DNA of 64,000 nucleotides from an uncultured Anaerolineae bacterium (GTDB taxonomy: Bacteria; Chloroflexota; Anaerolineae; JAADDB01): assembly GCA_964402285.1 (NCBI GenBank), contig CAYOAZ010000010.1, forward strand, positions 8,357-72,356. The letters are read 5' to 3'. Both the position numbers and the translations under genes were made by a program. Below the pieces are notes generated by a model that worked only from the letters and a program-made list of their open reading frames with translations, was not told the DNA's origin and ran no database searches. Each line of letters starts with the position of its first letter. Position 1 is the stretch's first letter. Positions 1 to 9,409 of this stretch are shown one piece after another.

Positions 1-2
1 CG

Positions 3-1583
3 CACACCCCAACCTCCACACCCACGTCTCCCTTGTTTGTCGCCATCAACGAATTCCTCCCTGCGCCTGCGGGGACAGTGGATTGGGATGGGAATGGTGA
101 GGCTGATGCCAACGATGAGTGGATAGAGTTGTACAACCCCAATAAGGTTCCTGTGGACTTATCATCCTGGTGGTTAGATGATGCAGCAGGAGGTTCTCCG
201 CCATATGTGTTCCCCCCGGGCACCGTACTTTCCGGACACGGATTTCTGGTCATTTACAAGCGCGAAAGCGGTCTGACCCTGAACAACAGCGGCGATTACA
301 TCCGATTATTTGATTCCAACGGTGACCTCGTGGACAGCGTTCATTATCCCCAGGTCAAGCGTACAGACATGACATCCTGGTCCCGTATCCAGGACGGGAC
401 CGGAACGTGGACCGACACTTTCCCCCCCTCTCCGGGGGAGCCCAATCGTCCTCCGCCAACCCCAACTCCAACGCCTATCCCGGTATCTCATCCACCTCAA
501 CGTCCAACAATTGTGCAGAGACCGACTCCAGCCCCCTTTGTGGCCATTAACGAATTTCTTCCTGCTCCTGCTGGCACGGTCGATTGGGATGGCGACGGTG
601 TGGCTGACGCTCGTGATGAGTGGATAGAACTGTATAATCCTCACGCGTTCCCTGTTGATTTATCCGGTTGGCGCATTGATGATGGTGCCGGAGGATCTCG
701 GGCATACACCTTGCCCAGCGGAACCCATCTTGTTGCGCACGGGTTCCTGGTCCTGTACAGGAGAGAAACGCACATCGCATTGGATAACGGAGGAGATACC
801 GTACGGCTTATATCCCCGGATGGAAACATTGTAGATGCCTTTACCTACCCGCGCACTCCTCGGACTGACGGCACATCGTGGGCCCGGACAGAGGATGGGG
901 CCGGTGAATGGTGTGATTTGTGCGTACCCACTCCCGGGAAACCGAACCGCGCGGGCATTTCAAAAGTCATCACCGCTTTAGAAACTCTACAGCGCTTCTC
1001 ACTAGGCGCCCCAGTGTCACTCCGCGGAACGGTTGTCCTTCCCCCGGGCATATTGGGAGAGCACACCTTATACGTTGCCAGCCGATACGGGGGCGTCCGG
1101 GTGTACCTTCCCTGGTATTCTGAGAACGTACTTAAAAGAATTCCTGGACACAGCCTTGTGTGGCTTCGGGGCATTCTGCGAGAATACCGGGGCGAGCGGG
1201 AGATTTACGTGCAACATCCGCGGGACTTTAGTGTTGTCTCTTCGTATACCTTCCTTTCCCCTTTGGGAATCAGGCCCACAGAACTTTCGCGTTACATAGG
1301 CACGTTAGTCTCACTTGTCGGGCAAGTAGAACGGCGGTACACGCGTACATTCTACCTCCAGGCGGGGCGAGAACGGGTTCCAATATACGTGCCCGCGTCT
1401 GTGGGTATGAATACAAAAACTTTAAAGCCAGGACGCTGGTTACGGGTCGTTGGAGTCGTTGTGCCTTGGCGCAAACGTTGGGAAATCGTTATCCGTTCTC
1501 CTGCGGATGTACAACCTGTACCCAGGTTGAAGGTTGGCGGCCTTCTTTGGGGGTATCGGCGTGGGCATCTCTACATCTTTTGA
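3..1583 (+). CDS. 5'-truncated exported protein: at least two lamin-tail (LTD) domains with Pro/Thr linkers and two C-terminal OB-fold-like domains
   Basis: The frame is open from base 3 (HTPTSTPTSP...), so the real start lies upstream of the window. It has two near-identical VAINEFLPAP...DWDGxGxADAxDEWIELYN...VDLSxWxLDD...LxNxGDxxRL modules typical of LTD. The C-terminal repeats (VSLRGTVV...GVRVY; VSLVGQV...WLRVVGVV) look like OB folds. Confidence 0.8.
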   Translation, partial: HTPTSTPTSPLFVAINEFLPAPAGTVDWDGNGEADANDEWIELYNPNKVPVDLSSWWLDDAAGGSPPYVFPPGTVLSGHGFLVIYKRESGLTLNNSGDYIRLFDSNGDLVDSVHYPQVKRTDMTSWSRIQDGTGTWTDTFPPSPGEPNRPPPTPTPTPIPVSHPPQRPTIVQRPTPAPFVAINEFLPAPAGTVDWDGDGVADARDEWIELYNPHAFPVDLSGWRIDDGAGGSRAYTLPSGTHLVAHGFLVLYRRETHIALDNGGDTVRLISPDGNIVDAFTYPRTPRTDGTSWARTEDGAGEWCDLCVPTPGKPNRAGISKVITALETLQRFSLGAPVSLRGTVVLPPGILGEHTLYVASRYGGVRVYLPWYSENVLKRIPGHSLVWLRGILREYRGEREIYVQHPRDFSVVSSYTFLSPLGIRPTELSRYIGTLVSLVGQVERRYTRTFYLQAGRERVPIYVPASVGMNTKTLKPGRWLRVVGVVVPWRKRWEIVIRSPADVQPVPRLKVGGLLWGYRRGHLYIF

Positions 1584-1751
1584 GGTAATTTATTCCTTCT
1601 CATTCGTTTCCTTTTACTGGGCGTGAACCCGGGATAGTTACCTTTTCCTTTTCTCTTTGTGGATTTTGTGGCAGAATGGTTGGCAACTACGTGAGTGAAG
1701 CCAACGTATCCGACATCTGCGCGAGGGTGGATAGTGGGTGGGCAGTTCAGA

Positions 1752-3506
1752 ATGTTGAAACAGAATTCGCTAATCTATCTTATCGGCTTATTGGTCCTTG
1801 CGCTCGCCAGCGTGCGCATACCTCTTCTTGCTTATCAGAATTCAGGTGCCTTTTCCCTTGCCGTATTTTCCCTCGATCACCCTTTGAATCAACCCTCCGA
1901 TGTGTGTACTTCTGCCCCTGAAGAAGAGCGAATTCGTGTCCAGAAAGCATTAAGTTCCCTGTTGCCGGTTGCTCATCGTCTTCCCAGTGCGAGGATTTTG
2001 GCCTTGTTGGGGCGTGCATATTGTTGGGATGGCCAACAGGCGAAGGCCGTAGCGGTTTGGCAGAAGGCCCTGGCCCTGGATCCCCACCGCGACGATGTTG
2101 CTTTCTACCTTGCGGCTGTCGGATTCGCGTATGGATATCCTGTGGACCTCCCACACCCGGAGCGCGTGGCGCACATGGCGACCATTTGGGGCGATGAGGT
2201 GAAGTCCCGCCAAAAGGACCCGACCCCCTGGTATCAAATGGCATTTCAATTCCAGGCAACCGCTGAAACCGCGGCCAGATTGGCTCAGATGTATGTGCAG
2301 CACAAGGAGGAGGACCGCGCGCGTGAAGTCTGGCAACAGGCAGCCACTCGTATTCCGGATACCCATCCGGATCACTGGCAATCTCTTGCTGAATTGGCTT
2401 TATTGGAGAAGGACAACGAACGGGCTGCCCAGTACTTTGCCAAAGCTGCGGCCCTGGCTACGGGGAATCGCGCTTATACCTTGTACTTGCGATCGGGAGA
2501 TTTATGGCAACGCGCGCGCGCGTGGGAAAAGGCCGCGCAAGCCTACTCCGACGCCCTTCGACTTAATCCGCAACGTCTGGATGCCTATCTGCGGTTGGGG
2601 CACCTCTATCGACAGCAGAAGGAATATGAAAAGGCGTTGCATTGGTATCAACTAGGAGAGCGCATTGCCCCTTACTCCTATGCTCCAGTATATTACCAGG
2701 CGTTGACTTATCGGGACATGGGACGTTATGAGGAGGCGTTGCTTTATCTGGACAAAGCTTTTGCTGTGAATCCTAAGGCCTCCTGGGTCCTTTACGTCAA
2801 GGCTACGATTTTGGCCCGGATGGACCGACGTCCTGAGGCTGTTTCCGTGTTGGCCCGGGCCATTGAACTCCATTCCAATCCCCCACCCGAGTGGCAAGAC
2901 CTGAAAGCCCGTTGGGAACGCTACCCGACCCAACGATTGGATCCCGACTACTGGTTTCAGCGAGGACGTTTTCAAGAGAAGAAGCGCCTATGGCGGACCG
3001 CGGCGGACTTTTACCATTATGGCGCCCAGGTCGCCCACCCCCCTGATGATTATCCGTTACTTTTGCGCGAGGCGCTCATGTGGCGCTACTTAAAGCAATT
3101 TGACCGCGCTGCCTCCATCTATCAGGATTTGATAGAGCGCTATCCTGACAGGTGGGAGGCGTACATGGGCATGGGTGAAGTATATCGTTCGCAAGGAAAG
3201 TACGACGAAGCCTACCGTTGGTTTTACGAAGCGCATCTGCGGGCACCAGACCAACCAACACCTTTGTACTACATGGGATTGGCTCGGTTTAGTGGGAAGA
3301 ATTACGGTGACGCGCTGAAGTATTTTGAACAAGCAATTGCCTTAAACCCGAATAACGCCTGGTACTGGTACTATAAAGCGGTTACCCTAAAAGCGTTGAA
3401 GCGCGATGACGAGGCCATAGAAACCCTAAAAAAGGCGATTTCATTGCACTCTTCTCCCCCTGCCTCCTGGAATCATACCCTGCAAAAATGGCAACACCCG
3501 CAGTGA
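1752..3506 (+). CDS. Tetratricopeptide-repeat protein with N-terminal membrane anchor or signal
   Basis: Many TPR motifs (AYLRLGHLYRQQKEYEKALHWYQ, AYMGMGEVYRSQGKYDEAY, YYMGLARFSGKNYGDALKYFEQAIALNPNN). A hydrophobic N-terminus follows the ATG at 1752; the ORF-track start is 1695. Confidence 0.85.
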   Translation: MLKQNSLIYLIGLLVLALASVRIPLLAYQNSGAFSLAVFSLDHPLNQPSDVCTSAPEEERIRVQKALSSLLPVAHRLPSARILALLGRAYCWDGQQAKAVAVWQKALALDPHRDDVAFYLAAVGFAYGYPVDLPHPERVAHMATIWGDEVKSRQKDPTPWYQMAFQFQATAETAARLAQMYVQHKEEDRAREVWQQAATRIPDTHPDHWQSLAELALLEKDNERAAQYFAKAAALATGNRAYTLYLRSGDLWQRARAWEKAAQAYSDALRLNPQRLDAYLRLGHLYRQQKEYEKALHWYQLGERIAPYSYAPVYYQALTYRDMGRYEEALLYLDKAFAVNPKASWVLYVKATILARMDRRPEAVSVLARAIELHSNPPPEWQDLKARWERYPTQRLDPDYWFQRGRFQEKKRLWRTAADFYHYGAQVAHPPDDYPLLLREALMWRYLKQFDRAASIYQDLIERYPDRWEAYMGMGEVYRSQGKYDEAYRWFYEAHLRAPDQPTPLYYMGLARFSGKNYGDALKYFEQAIALNPNNAWYWYYKAVTLKALKRDDEAIETLKKAISLHSSPPASWNHTLQKWQHPQ

Positions 3507-3579
3507 GAAGCGCAGGTTGGCGTACCGGGATCTTTGTGTTATTCTACCTTTACTCAACACAGAGCGGGCTGAAGAGAGT

Positions 3580-3867
3580 ATGAGCGAATCCTTGTGGGAA
3601 CGTGTTCTTCACGCGGTACGTGGTTTCATGTACGGCGCGGCCAAATCCTGGGTTATAGTCCCCTATCAGTTGAAAAAGCGCCAGGAACTTGAGCACATGT
3701 TCGTGTTGCTCATGCTTTCCGAATACGAGGGGGCTTCCCTGGCCCCGCCTGACTTGCAATTGCGCTTGTTGCCGTACCTTATCCCCCAAATACTCTACTG
3801 GCGGCGGCGCATGCGGCTTTGGGACGATGATTTGGAGATGGCTCACCTTCCCCATCTAGGGCATTGA
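3580..3867 (+). CDS. Small conserved hypothetical protein resembling CstA/ArsA-associated (cory-CC-star-like) small proteins
   Basis: The pattern LEHMFVLLMLSEYEG...PP..LRLLPYLIPQILYWRRRM resembles that family from memory. Its stop overlaps the next ORF. Confidence 0.5.
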   Translation: MSESLWERVLHAVRGFMYGAAKSWVIVPYQLKKRQELEHMFVLLMLSEYEGASLAPPDLQLRLLPYLIPQILYWRRRMRLWDDDLEMAHLPHLGH

Positions 3868-3869
3868 CC

Positions 3870-5009
3870 ATGCGTGTAGTGGTTGACGTTTCCCCTGCAG
3901 TAAACAGCAAGGCCGGGTTAGGCCGTTATGCCGCGACCCTGGTTGAACACTTGCGGCATACATGGGTGGGGGAACACCTGTACCTCTTCTACAACCGACG
4001 GCATGGAGGAACAGTGCCCTGGAACTTATCTACATTTCCATCCCGGCGTGTGTCCCTGGGGTACAAGCCCTGGCGGATGCTGGTGTGGTTAGGACATGTG
4101 GGGCGAATCCCCTTTGACCGCTTGTTACCCTCTGACACTCGTCTATTTCACGCCACTGAACACTTGCTACTTCCCTTGCGGCACATCCCTGCTGTGTTCA
4201 CTGTGCACGATTTGATTTTCGAGAAATTTCCCCAGTACCACAAACCCCTGAACCTCTTTTACCTTAAACACACAGTACCTGTGTTCGTACGCCGGTCAGC
4301 AGCGGTAATCACCATTTCCCAGGCTTCCAAGCAGGACCTGATATCTCTCTATCGGGTGCCTGCCCAGAAAATTCACGTGATTTATGAAGCCCCAGCCCCT
4401 CACTTTCGCCCTGTACCCCCGGAAAACATCGCGGCCATTCAACGGAAATACCACTTGCCTCCTCGATATCTTTTAACTGTGGGCACATTGGAACCGCGAA
4501 AAAATCTGGTCACCCTCTTGCGGTCTTTTGAGAAAGTGTATGCCAGTGGGCTTGTGGATGCGTTGGTGATTGTGGGACAGAAGGGGTGGTTGTACGAGGA
4601 TTTTTTCAACGCTCTGGAAAACAGTTCAGTGCGCGACCGGGTTATTCTGACCGGGTTTGTGCCTGACGAGGATTTACCTGCGGTGTACGCGGGCGCATTA
4701 GTCTTTGTATTTCCCTCCTACTACGAGGGATTCGGCCTTCCTTTGTTAGAGGCCATGGCCGTTGGCGTGCCGGTTGTCGCGTCCTCGGCCCCTCCCTTGC
4801 CGGAAATAGGGGGGGACGCGGCTCTTTACGCGTCGCCAGACCAGTGTGAGGAATTCGTCACGCAAATCCTGGCTTATCTCCGAGACGAGACTCTGCGGGA
4901 GGAGATGCGTGAACGGGGATGGCGGCGGGCTCGCCAATTTTCCTGGGAACGTACGGCGACCCAGACCGCGGCTGTGTATGCCCAGGTGTTGGCGCAGGGG
5001 ACTGGCTAA
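3870..5009 (+). CDS. GT4 family glycosyltransferase (mannosyltransferase-like)
   Basis: GLGRYA N-terminus, TVHDLIF, VGTLEPRKNL, FPSYYEGFGLPLLEAMAVG. Confidence 0.92.
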   Translation: MRVVVDVSPAVNSKAGLGRYAATLVEHLRHTWVGEHLYLFYNRRHGGTVPWNLSTFPSRRVSLGYKPWRMLVWLGHVGRIPFDRLLPSDTRLFHATEHLLLPLRHIPAVFTVHDLIFEKFPQYHKPLNLFYLKHTVPVFVRRSAAVITISQASKQDLISLYRVPAQKIHVIYEAPAPHFRPVPPENIAAIQRKYHLPPRYLLTVGTLEPRKNLVTLLRSFEKVYASGLVDALVIVGQKGWLYEDFFNALENSSVRDRVILTGFVPDEDLPAVYAGALVFVFPSYYEGFGLPLLEAMAVGVPVVASSAPPLPEIGGDAALYASPDQCEEFVTQILAYLRDETLREEMRERGWRRARQFSWERTATQTAAVYAQVLAQGTG

Positions 5010-5021
5010 TAGGGGGATATT

Positions 5022-5981
5022 ATGCGCGAAATTCAGGAATTTTTGGCGCAATGGGAGTCCACGCTAGATCCACGCCGGCCGGAGCGTGCCCATCCGCCGG
5101 CCCAGGTGTTGGGATACGGTGAAATCAGCACCGTGTTGAGTATTGACCATCCACTCTTGCGTGAATATGCATTGAAACGAATGCCCATGTTTCACCATCG
5201 TGGTGAAGTCGACGCGTACATTAACCTCCACCAGACTTACCTTCGTCACCTCCAGGACATAGGAATTCATGTACCGGAAACGCACCTTCTTCCAGTGCCC
5301 CGACATCCCCAGGGGTATACAGTGTACATTTTGCAAAAGCGGTTACCCTCTCACGCGATTGGTAATCACCTTATACGGATACTGCCTTTGAAGGAGGCGT
5401 TGTCATTCATCTTCCACGTATTACACAGCATCCGCCTTGTGTTCCAATACAACGCAGCCCATCGGGGGACTCTGGCTTTGGGCTTTGATGCCCAGATTTC
5501 CAACTGGGCAGTGCTCAACGTGGAAGAAGGGGCTACCACATTACCCCGTGAGCCAATTCTCGCGTATTTCGATACCAGTACTCCCTTGTTACAGAAAAAT
5601 GGTCGGGAACAACTCAACCCGGAGTTGTTCCTGCGCAGTGCCCCTTCCTTTTTAGTGTGGATTATTCGCCTCTTTTTCCTTAAAGACGTGATGACTCGGT
5701 ATTACAATTTTCGTCTTGTTGTGTTGGACTTAATCGCCAATTTCTACAAGGAGAAGCGCGGGGATTGGGTGCCTCAGGTAATTCAGGCAGTGAACACGTG
5801 GGTACAGGACATGCCGGAGTGGAGTGGTCCTCCCTATTCTGTGGATGAAGTGCGTGCTTATTACCGTGAGGATGCGTTCATCTGGCGATTTTATTTAGCC
5901 GCGCGTAAACTAGATCGGCGTCTCCACGAGGGGCTGGGGCGTACATATCCTTACATTTTACCGGACAACATTGAGCGGTAG
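5022..5981 (+). CDS. DUF6206-like protein with protein-kinase-like motifs
   Basis: [10 protein letters not shown] (Gly-rich loop), YALKRMP (Lys), FDAQISNW (catalytic-loop-like DxxxxN), YFDTSTP. The family name is from recall. Confidence 0.6.
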   Translation: MREIQEFLAQWESTLDPRRPERAHPPAQVLGYGEISTVLSIDHPLLREYALKRMPMFHHRGEVDAYINLHQTYLRHLQDIGIHVPETHLLPVPRHPQGYTVYILQKRLPSHAIGNHLIRILPLKEALSFIFHVLHSIRLVFQYNAAHRGTLALGFDAQISNWAVLNVEEGATTLPREPILAYFDTSTPLLQKNGREQLNPELFLRSAPSFLVWIIRLFFLKDVMTRYYNFRLVVLDLIANFYKEKRGDWVPQVIQAVNTWVQDMPEWSGPPYSVDEVRAYYREDAFIWRFYLAARKLDRRLHEGLGRTYPYILPDNIER

Positions 5982-5989
5982 GAGGACTT

Positions 5990-6358
5990 ATGCAATCCTT
6001 TGACACCTTTCGGCCGGTTCCCATTTCGGAAGATACTTTGTGGAATGTGCTGCGTTGGGATGAGCGGGGGCTTGTGCCGGTCATTGTGCAAGATGCGCGC
6101 ACGCATGTTGTGCTTATGCTTGCATATATGAATGAGGAAGCGTTGCGACGCACCCTGGCTACAGGCGAAACGTGGTTTTGGTCCCGGAGTCGACAAACAC
6201 TTTGGCACAAAGGCGCAACCAGCGGTAACATACAGCACGTTGTGGAGATCCGCGTGGATTGTGACGGGGATACACTGCTTGTCCTTGTGGATCCCGCGGG
6301 ACCGGCTTGTCACACAGGCAATTATTCCTGTTTTTATCGTGAGTTGGCACCAACGTAA
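5990..6358 (+). CDS. hisI: Phosphoribosyl-AMP cyclohydrolase
   Basis: [56 protein letters not shown] ggagga. Confidence 0.97.
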   Translation: MQSFDTFRPVPISEDTLWNVLRWDERGLVPVIVQDARTHVVLMLAYMNEEALRRTLATGETWFWSRSRQTLWHKGATSGNIQHVVEIRVDCDGDTLLVLVDPAGPACHTGNYSCFYRELAPT

Positions 6359-6397
6359 TTTCCCGCCGATTTACACGTCAGCACTCAAGGAGGCATT

Positions 6398-6700
6398 ATG
6401 TCCGACACGCTGGCCCACTTGTGGGGCATTATCGAGAATCGACGGCTTTATCCTAAGGAGGGATCTTATACGGTTTCTCTCTTTCGCAAGGGCGTGGGCG
6501 AAATTGCGAAGAAAGTGGGAGAGGAGGCCGTTGAGGTGGTTGTGGCCGCGTTACATGAATCAGATGAGCGACTCGTGTATGAAACCGCGGACCTGGTGTA
6601 TCATGTAATGGTTTTACTATCTGCCCAGGGGCTTTCGTGGGAGGACGTGGAAGCAGAATTGCGTCGGCGGTTTGACATGGGGAGAGAGGAGTTACCATGA
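6398..6700 (+). CDS. hisE: Phosphoribosyl-ATP diphosphatase
   Basis: SYTVSLF...[16 protein letters not shown]...[16 protein letters not shown] aggagg. Confidence 0.96.
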   Translation: MSDTLAHLWGIIENRRLYPKEGSYTVSLFRKGVGEIAKKVGEEAVEVVVAALHESDERLVYETADLVYHVMVLLSAQGLSWEDVEAELRRRFDMGREELP

Positions 6701-7719
6701 GCGAGCAACACGTGAACGCATCGACACGACCCAAAATTTCCATTGTGGCACCGGCGTACAATGAGGAAGAGGTTTTGCCAGAATTTTACCGCCGTGTGCG
6801 TGAGGTGATGGATGCCATCGGTGAGCCGTGGGAACTCATTTTGGTGAACGATGGGAGTCGAGACAACACTTTAGCCATCATGCGGGAGTTGCACGAGAAA
6901 GACCCGCGGGTAAAGATTGTCTCGTTTTCCCGCAATTTCGGCCACCAGTTAGCCATTACGGCCGGTCTTGATTACGCATCCGGGGATGCCGTTATCATCA
7001 TTGACGCGGACTTGCAGGATCCGCCCGAGGTTATCGCTGACCTCATTGCCAAGTGGCGTGAGGGATATGATGTTGTGTACGCGGTACGCAAGGAACGCAA
7101 GGGGGAATCCTGGTTTAAGGAATGGACAGCGAAATTTTTCTACCGCTTAATCTACCGCATCACCGATGTGGATATTCCCAAGGATACAGGCGATTTCCGC
7201 CTGATGGACCGCAAGGTGGTTGAAGCCTTGCGCACTATGCGGGAACGTAATCGGTTCATGCGTGGGCTTTCTGTGTGGGTCGGATTTAAACAGACCGGTG
7301 TGTACTACGTTCGTGAACCCCGTTTTGCTGGTGAGACCAAGTATCCGCTTCGCAAGATGTTGAAATTTGCCCTGGATGCTATTACGTCCTTCTCCTATGT
7401 GCCCTTGCAGTTGGCCACATATACAGGATTTGCCGTGGCGGGTTTGAGTCTGGTGGCCGTGCTTGTGGCTGTGTATCTCCGCTTAACCACGGGGCGAGCG
7501 CTCCTGGGACAGGCAACCACGTTGGTGGCCGTGCTTTTCCTGGGGGGGATTCAACTTATCTTCCTGGGCATTATTGGTGAGTACTTGGGACGTATTTACG
7601 ACGAAGTTAAGGCTCGGCCGTTGTACATTGTGGCGGAGACAATAGGGTTCGATGATCAAAGCGAACAGGTGAGAGTGCGCAGTGTGCCGCCCCCTCACAA
7701 AGAGACTACAGTACAATAG
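6697..7719 (+). CDS. GT2 polyprenol-phosphate glycosyltransferase (GtrB/ArnC-like)
   Basis: [53 protein letters not shown], plus two C-terminal TM helices. Confidence 0.93.
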   Translation: MSEQHVNASTRPKISIVAPAYNEEEVLPEFYRRVREVMDAIGEPWELILVNDGSRDNTLAIMRELHEKDPRVKIVSFSRNFGHQLAITAGLDYASGDAVIIIDADLQDPPEVIADLIAKWREGYDVVYAVRKERKGESWFKEWTAKFFYRLIYRITDVDIPKDTGDFRLMDRKVVEALRTMRERNRFMRGLSVWVGFKQTGVYYVREPRFAGETKYPLRKMLKFALDAITSFSYVPLQLATYTGFAVAGLSLVAVLVAVYLRLTTGRALLGQATTLVAVLFLGGIQLIFLGIIGEYLGRIYDEVKARPLYIVAETIGFDDQSEQVRVRSVPPPHKETTVQ

Positions 7720-7730
7720 GAGGATGGTGC

Positions 7731-8291
7731 GTGGCAGGTCATACATCTACACCGTGGACCCGGCAACGATATGTGCTGCTTATGGCTTTGGTGGCCATAT
7801 TTGGCCTTTCCTGGATTGTGGCGTCACGTGTCCCAGAGAACACAACACGTCATGTGGCTCAGGCGCCCAAACCCGGCTTTCTGGCTCCGGATTTTGAGTT
7901 GCAAAGCCTGGACGGCGAAACTATTAAGTTGAGCCAATATCGCGGGTATCCGGTTGTCATTAACTTTTGGGCTACGTGGTGCCCCCCCTGTCGTTCTGAG
8001 ATGCCCGCTATTGTTCAGGAATACGAACGGTATAAAGAGCAAGGGTTGGTGGTTTTAGCCATCGATAACGGCGAGGATCCGCCGAAGGTGCTGGAATTTC
8101 GCAAGCAGTATGGCATGTCTTTTCCTGTTTTGTTGGACAAGAAGATGAGGGTAGCCGAGATGTACCAAATTCGCGCCCTGCCCACGACCTTCTTCATTGC
8201 TCCTGATGGGACGATTACGGATATGGTTGTAGGTGGGATGAATGCGGCTACAGTTCGAGTCCACTTCCAACGCTTGATGGAGGAACGTTAA
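7731..8291 (+). CDS. TlpA/ResA-family thiol-disulfide oxidoreductase
   Basis: N-terminal TM, APDFELQSLDG, VINFWATWCPPCRSEMP, ALPTTFFI. Confidence 0.93.
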   Translation: MAGHTSTPWTRQRYVLLMALVAIFGLSWIVASRVPENTTRHVAQAPKPGFLAPDFELQSLDGETIKLSQYRGYPVVINFWATWCPPCRSEMPAIVQEYERYKEQGLVVLAIDNGEDPPKVLEFRKQYGMSFPVLLDKKMRVAEMYQIRALPTTFFIAPDGTITDMVVGGMNAATVRVHFQRLMEER

Positions 8292-8292
8292 C

Positions 8293-9030
8293 ATGATGCC
8301 TGTGTTTTCGCTCGGTGGTTTATCCATCCCCGCGAAACCGTTTATTCTGTTGATTGGGTATTACATCGCGCTGTGGTTGGGAAGCAAAGGGGCGGAATCC
8401 CTGGGTATTGATGGGGATCATGTGTGGAACGGTGGGTTTTTGAGTGCGGTGGGCGGTTTGGTGGTTGGTCGACTTGCGTATGCGATTCGTTATCCGCAGG
8501 TGTATCTTCGGGATCCTCTGGCCCTGGTGTCGCCTCGTTTGAGCACTTTTGTTCCCTGGGCGGCTGTGTTGGGTGGGGTTCTTATCGGCTATGTGTATGT
8601 ACGACGTCATGGTATCCCCTTAGGGCGCTTTGTGGATGCGATAACGCCTGCCCTGGTGCTGTTGTGGGGCATTGTGGCGTTGGCCAACCTGTTCGCTGGC
8701 GATGCGTACGGGGAGGTGACACATCTTCCCTGGGGCGTCGAGATGTGGGGAGCGGTACGCCATCCAACTCAGTTATACGATTTAATAGGGGCGGTGCTTA
8801 CCTTGTTTTGGCTCTTCCTCAAACCAAGTCCTCGCGGGCAGGGGATTTGGGGGTGGCGCTTGCTGTTCGCTTATAGCACGTGGCGTTTGCTCATTGAAGC
8901 CTTCCGTGGGGACAGTGTTACCGTATGGGGGGGCTATCGACTTTGGCAATTAGTCGCCCTGGTAGGCGCCCTTGTTGCCTTGGGGGCTTTAGCCCGAATT
9001 GCTCCCTCATCGCGCGAGGTACGGGGATGA
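8293..9030 (+). CDS. Lgt-family (prolipoprotein diacylglyceryl transferase-like) membrane protein, divergent
   Basis: GRLAY, LPWGV...RHPTQLYD and YSTWRLLIEAFRGD are present. The HGG and GRxGNFxNxE motifs are degenerate. Confidence 0.75.
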   Translation: MMPVFSLGGLSIPAKPFILLIGYYIALWLGSKGAESLGIDGDHVWNGGFLSAVGGLVVGRLAYAIRYPQVYLRDPLALVSPRLSTFVPWAAVLGGVLIGYVYVRRHGIPLGRFVDAITPALVLLWGIVALANLFAGDAYGEVTHLPWGVEMWGAVRHPTQLYDLIGAVLTLFWLFLKPSPRGQGIWGWRLLFAYSTWRLLIEAFRGDSVTVWGGYRLWQLVALVGALVALGALARIAPSSREVRG

Positions 9031-9036
9031 TACCGT

Positions 9037-9305
9037 GGCCGTGCACCCCCCGTCGAAGCCCGCCCCAATGCCTTACTCGACCGTCCGGCTCCGGCCAGGC
9101 ACCCCCACGTCACCCAGGCGACACCACTTAGGGCTGCTTCCTTCCGGACCTGACCCGGTTCGTGGCTGCCTGCCGCGTGGGACCCAGCCTTCAACGCCGG
9201 GCCGGCCGAGCAGTCACATCAGGGCGAACCCCTCAGGGGGGAATTCAGCCCCGCTATGGCGGATTGCGGGTACAGGGCACCGCCAGCTCCCCGCCTAGCA
9301 CGGCC
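9037..9305 (-). ncRNA. ffs: Signal recognition particle RNA, large (Alu-domain-containing) bacterial type
   Basis: The minus strand reads GGCCGTGCTAGGCGGGGAGCTGGCGGTGCCCTGTACCCGCAATCCGC... (Bacillus scRNA-like Alu domain). It contains the S-domain GAACCGGGTCAGGTCCGGAAGGAAGCAGCC. The 5' GGCCGTGC pairs with the 3' GCACGGCC. Confidence 0.95.
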
Positions 9306-9312
9306 GAGATCT

Positions 9313-9341
9313 ATAGTACAGAGAGCGCGTGAATGCGTCAA
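9313..9341 (-). promoter_or_regulatory. sigma70-type promoter of SRP RNA
   Basis: TTGACG-N17-TACTAT on the minus strand, 7 nt before the RNA 5' end. Confidence 0.8.
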
Positions 9342-9409
9342 ATTTCAGGACTTTGTGTTTCCTTCTTGCAGAATGACCTGTTCAAAAATTCGCCAACAGA
9401 GGAGGGGGT

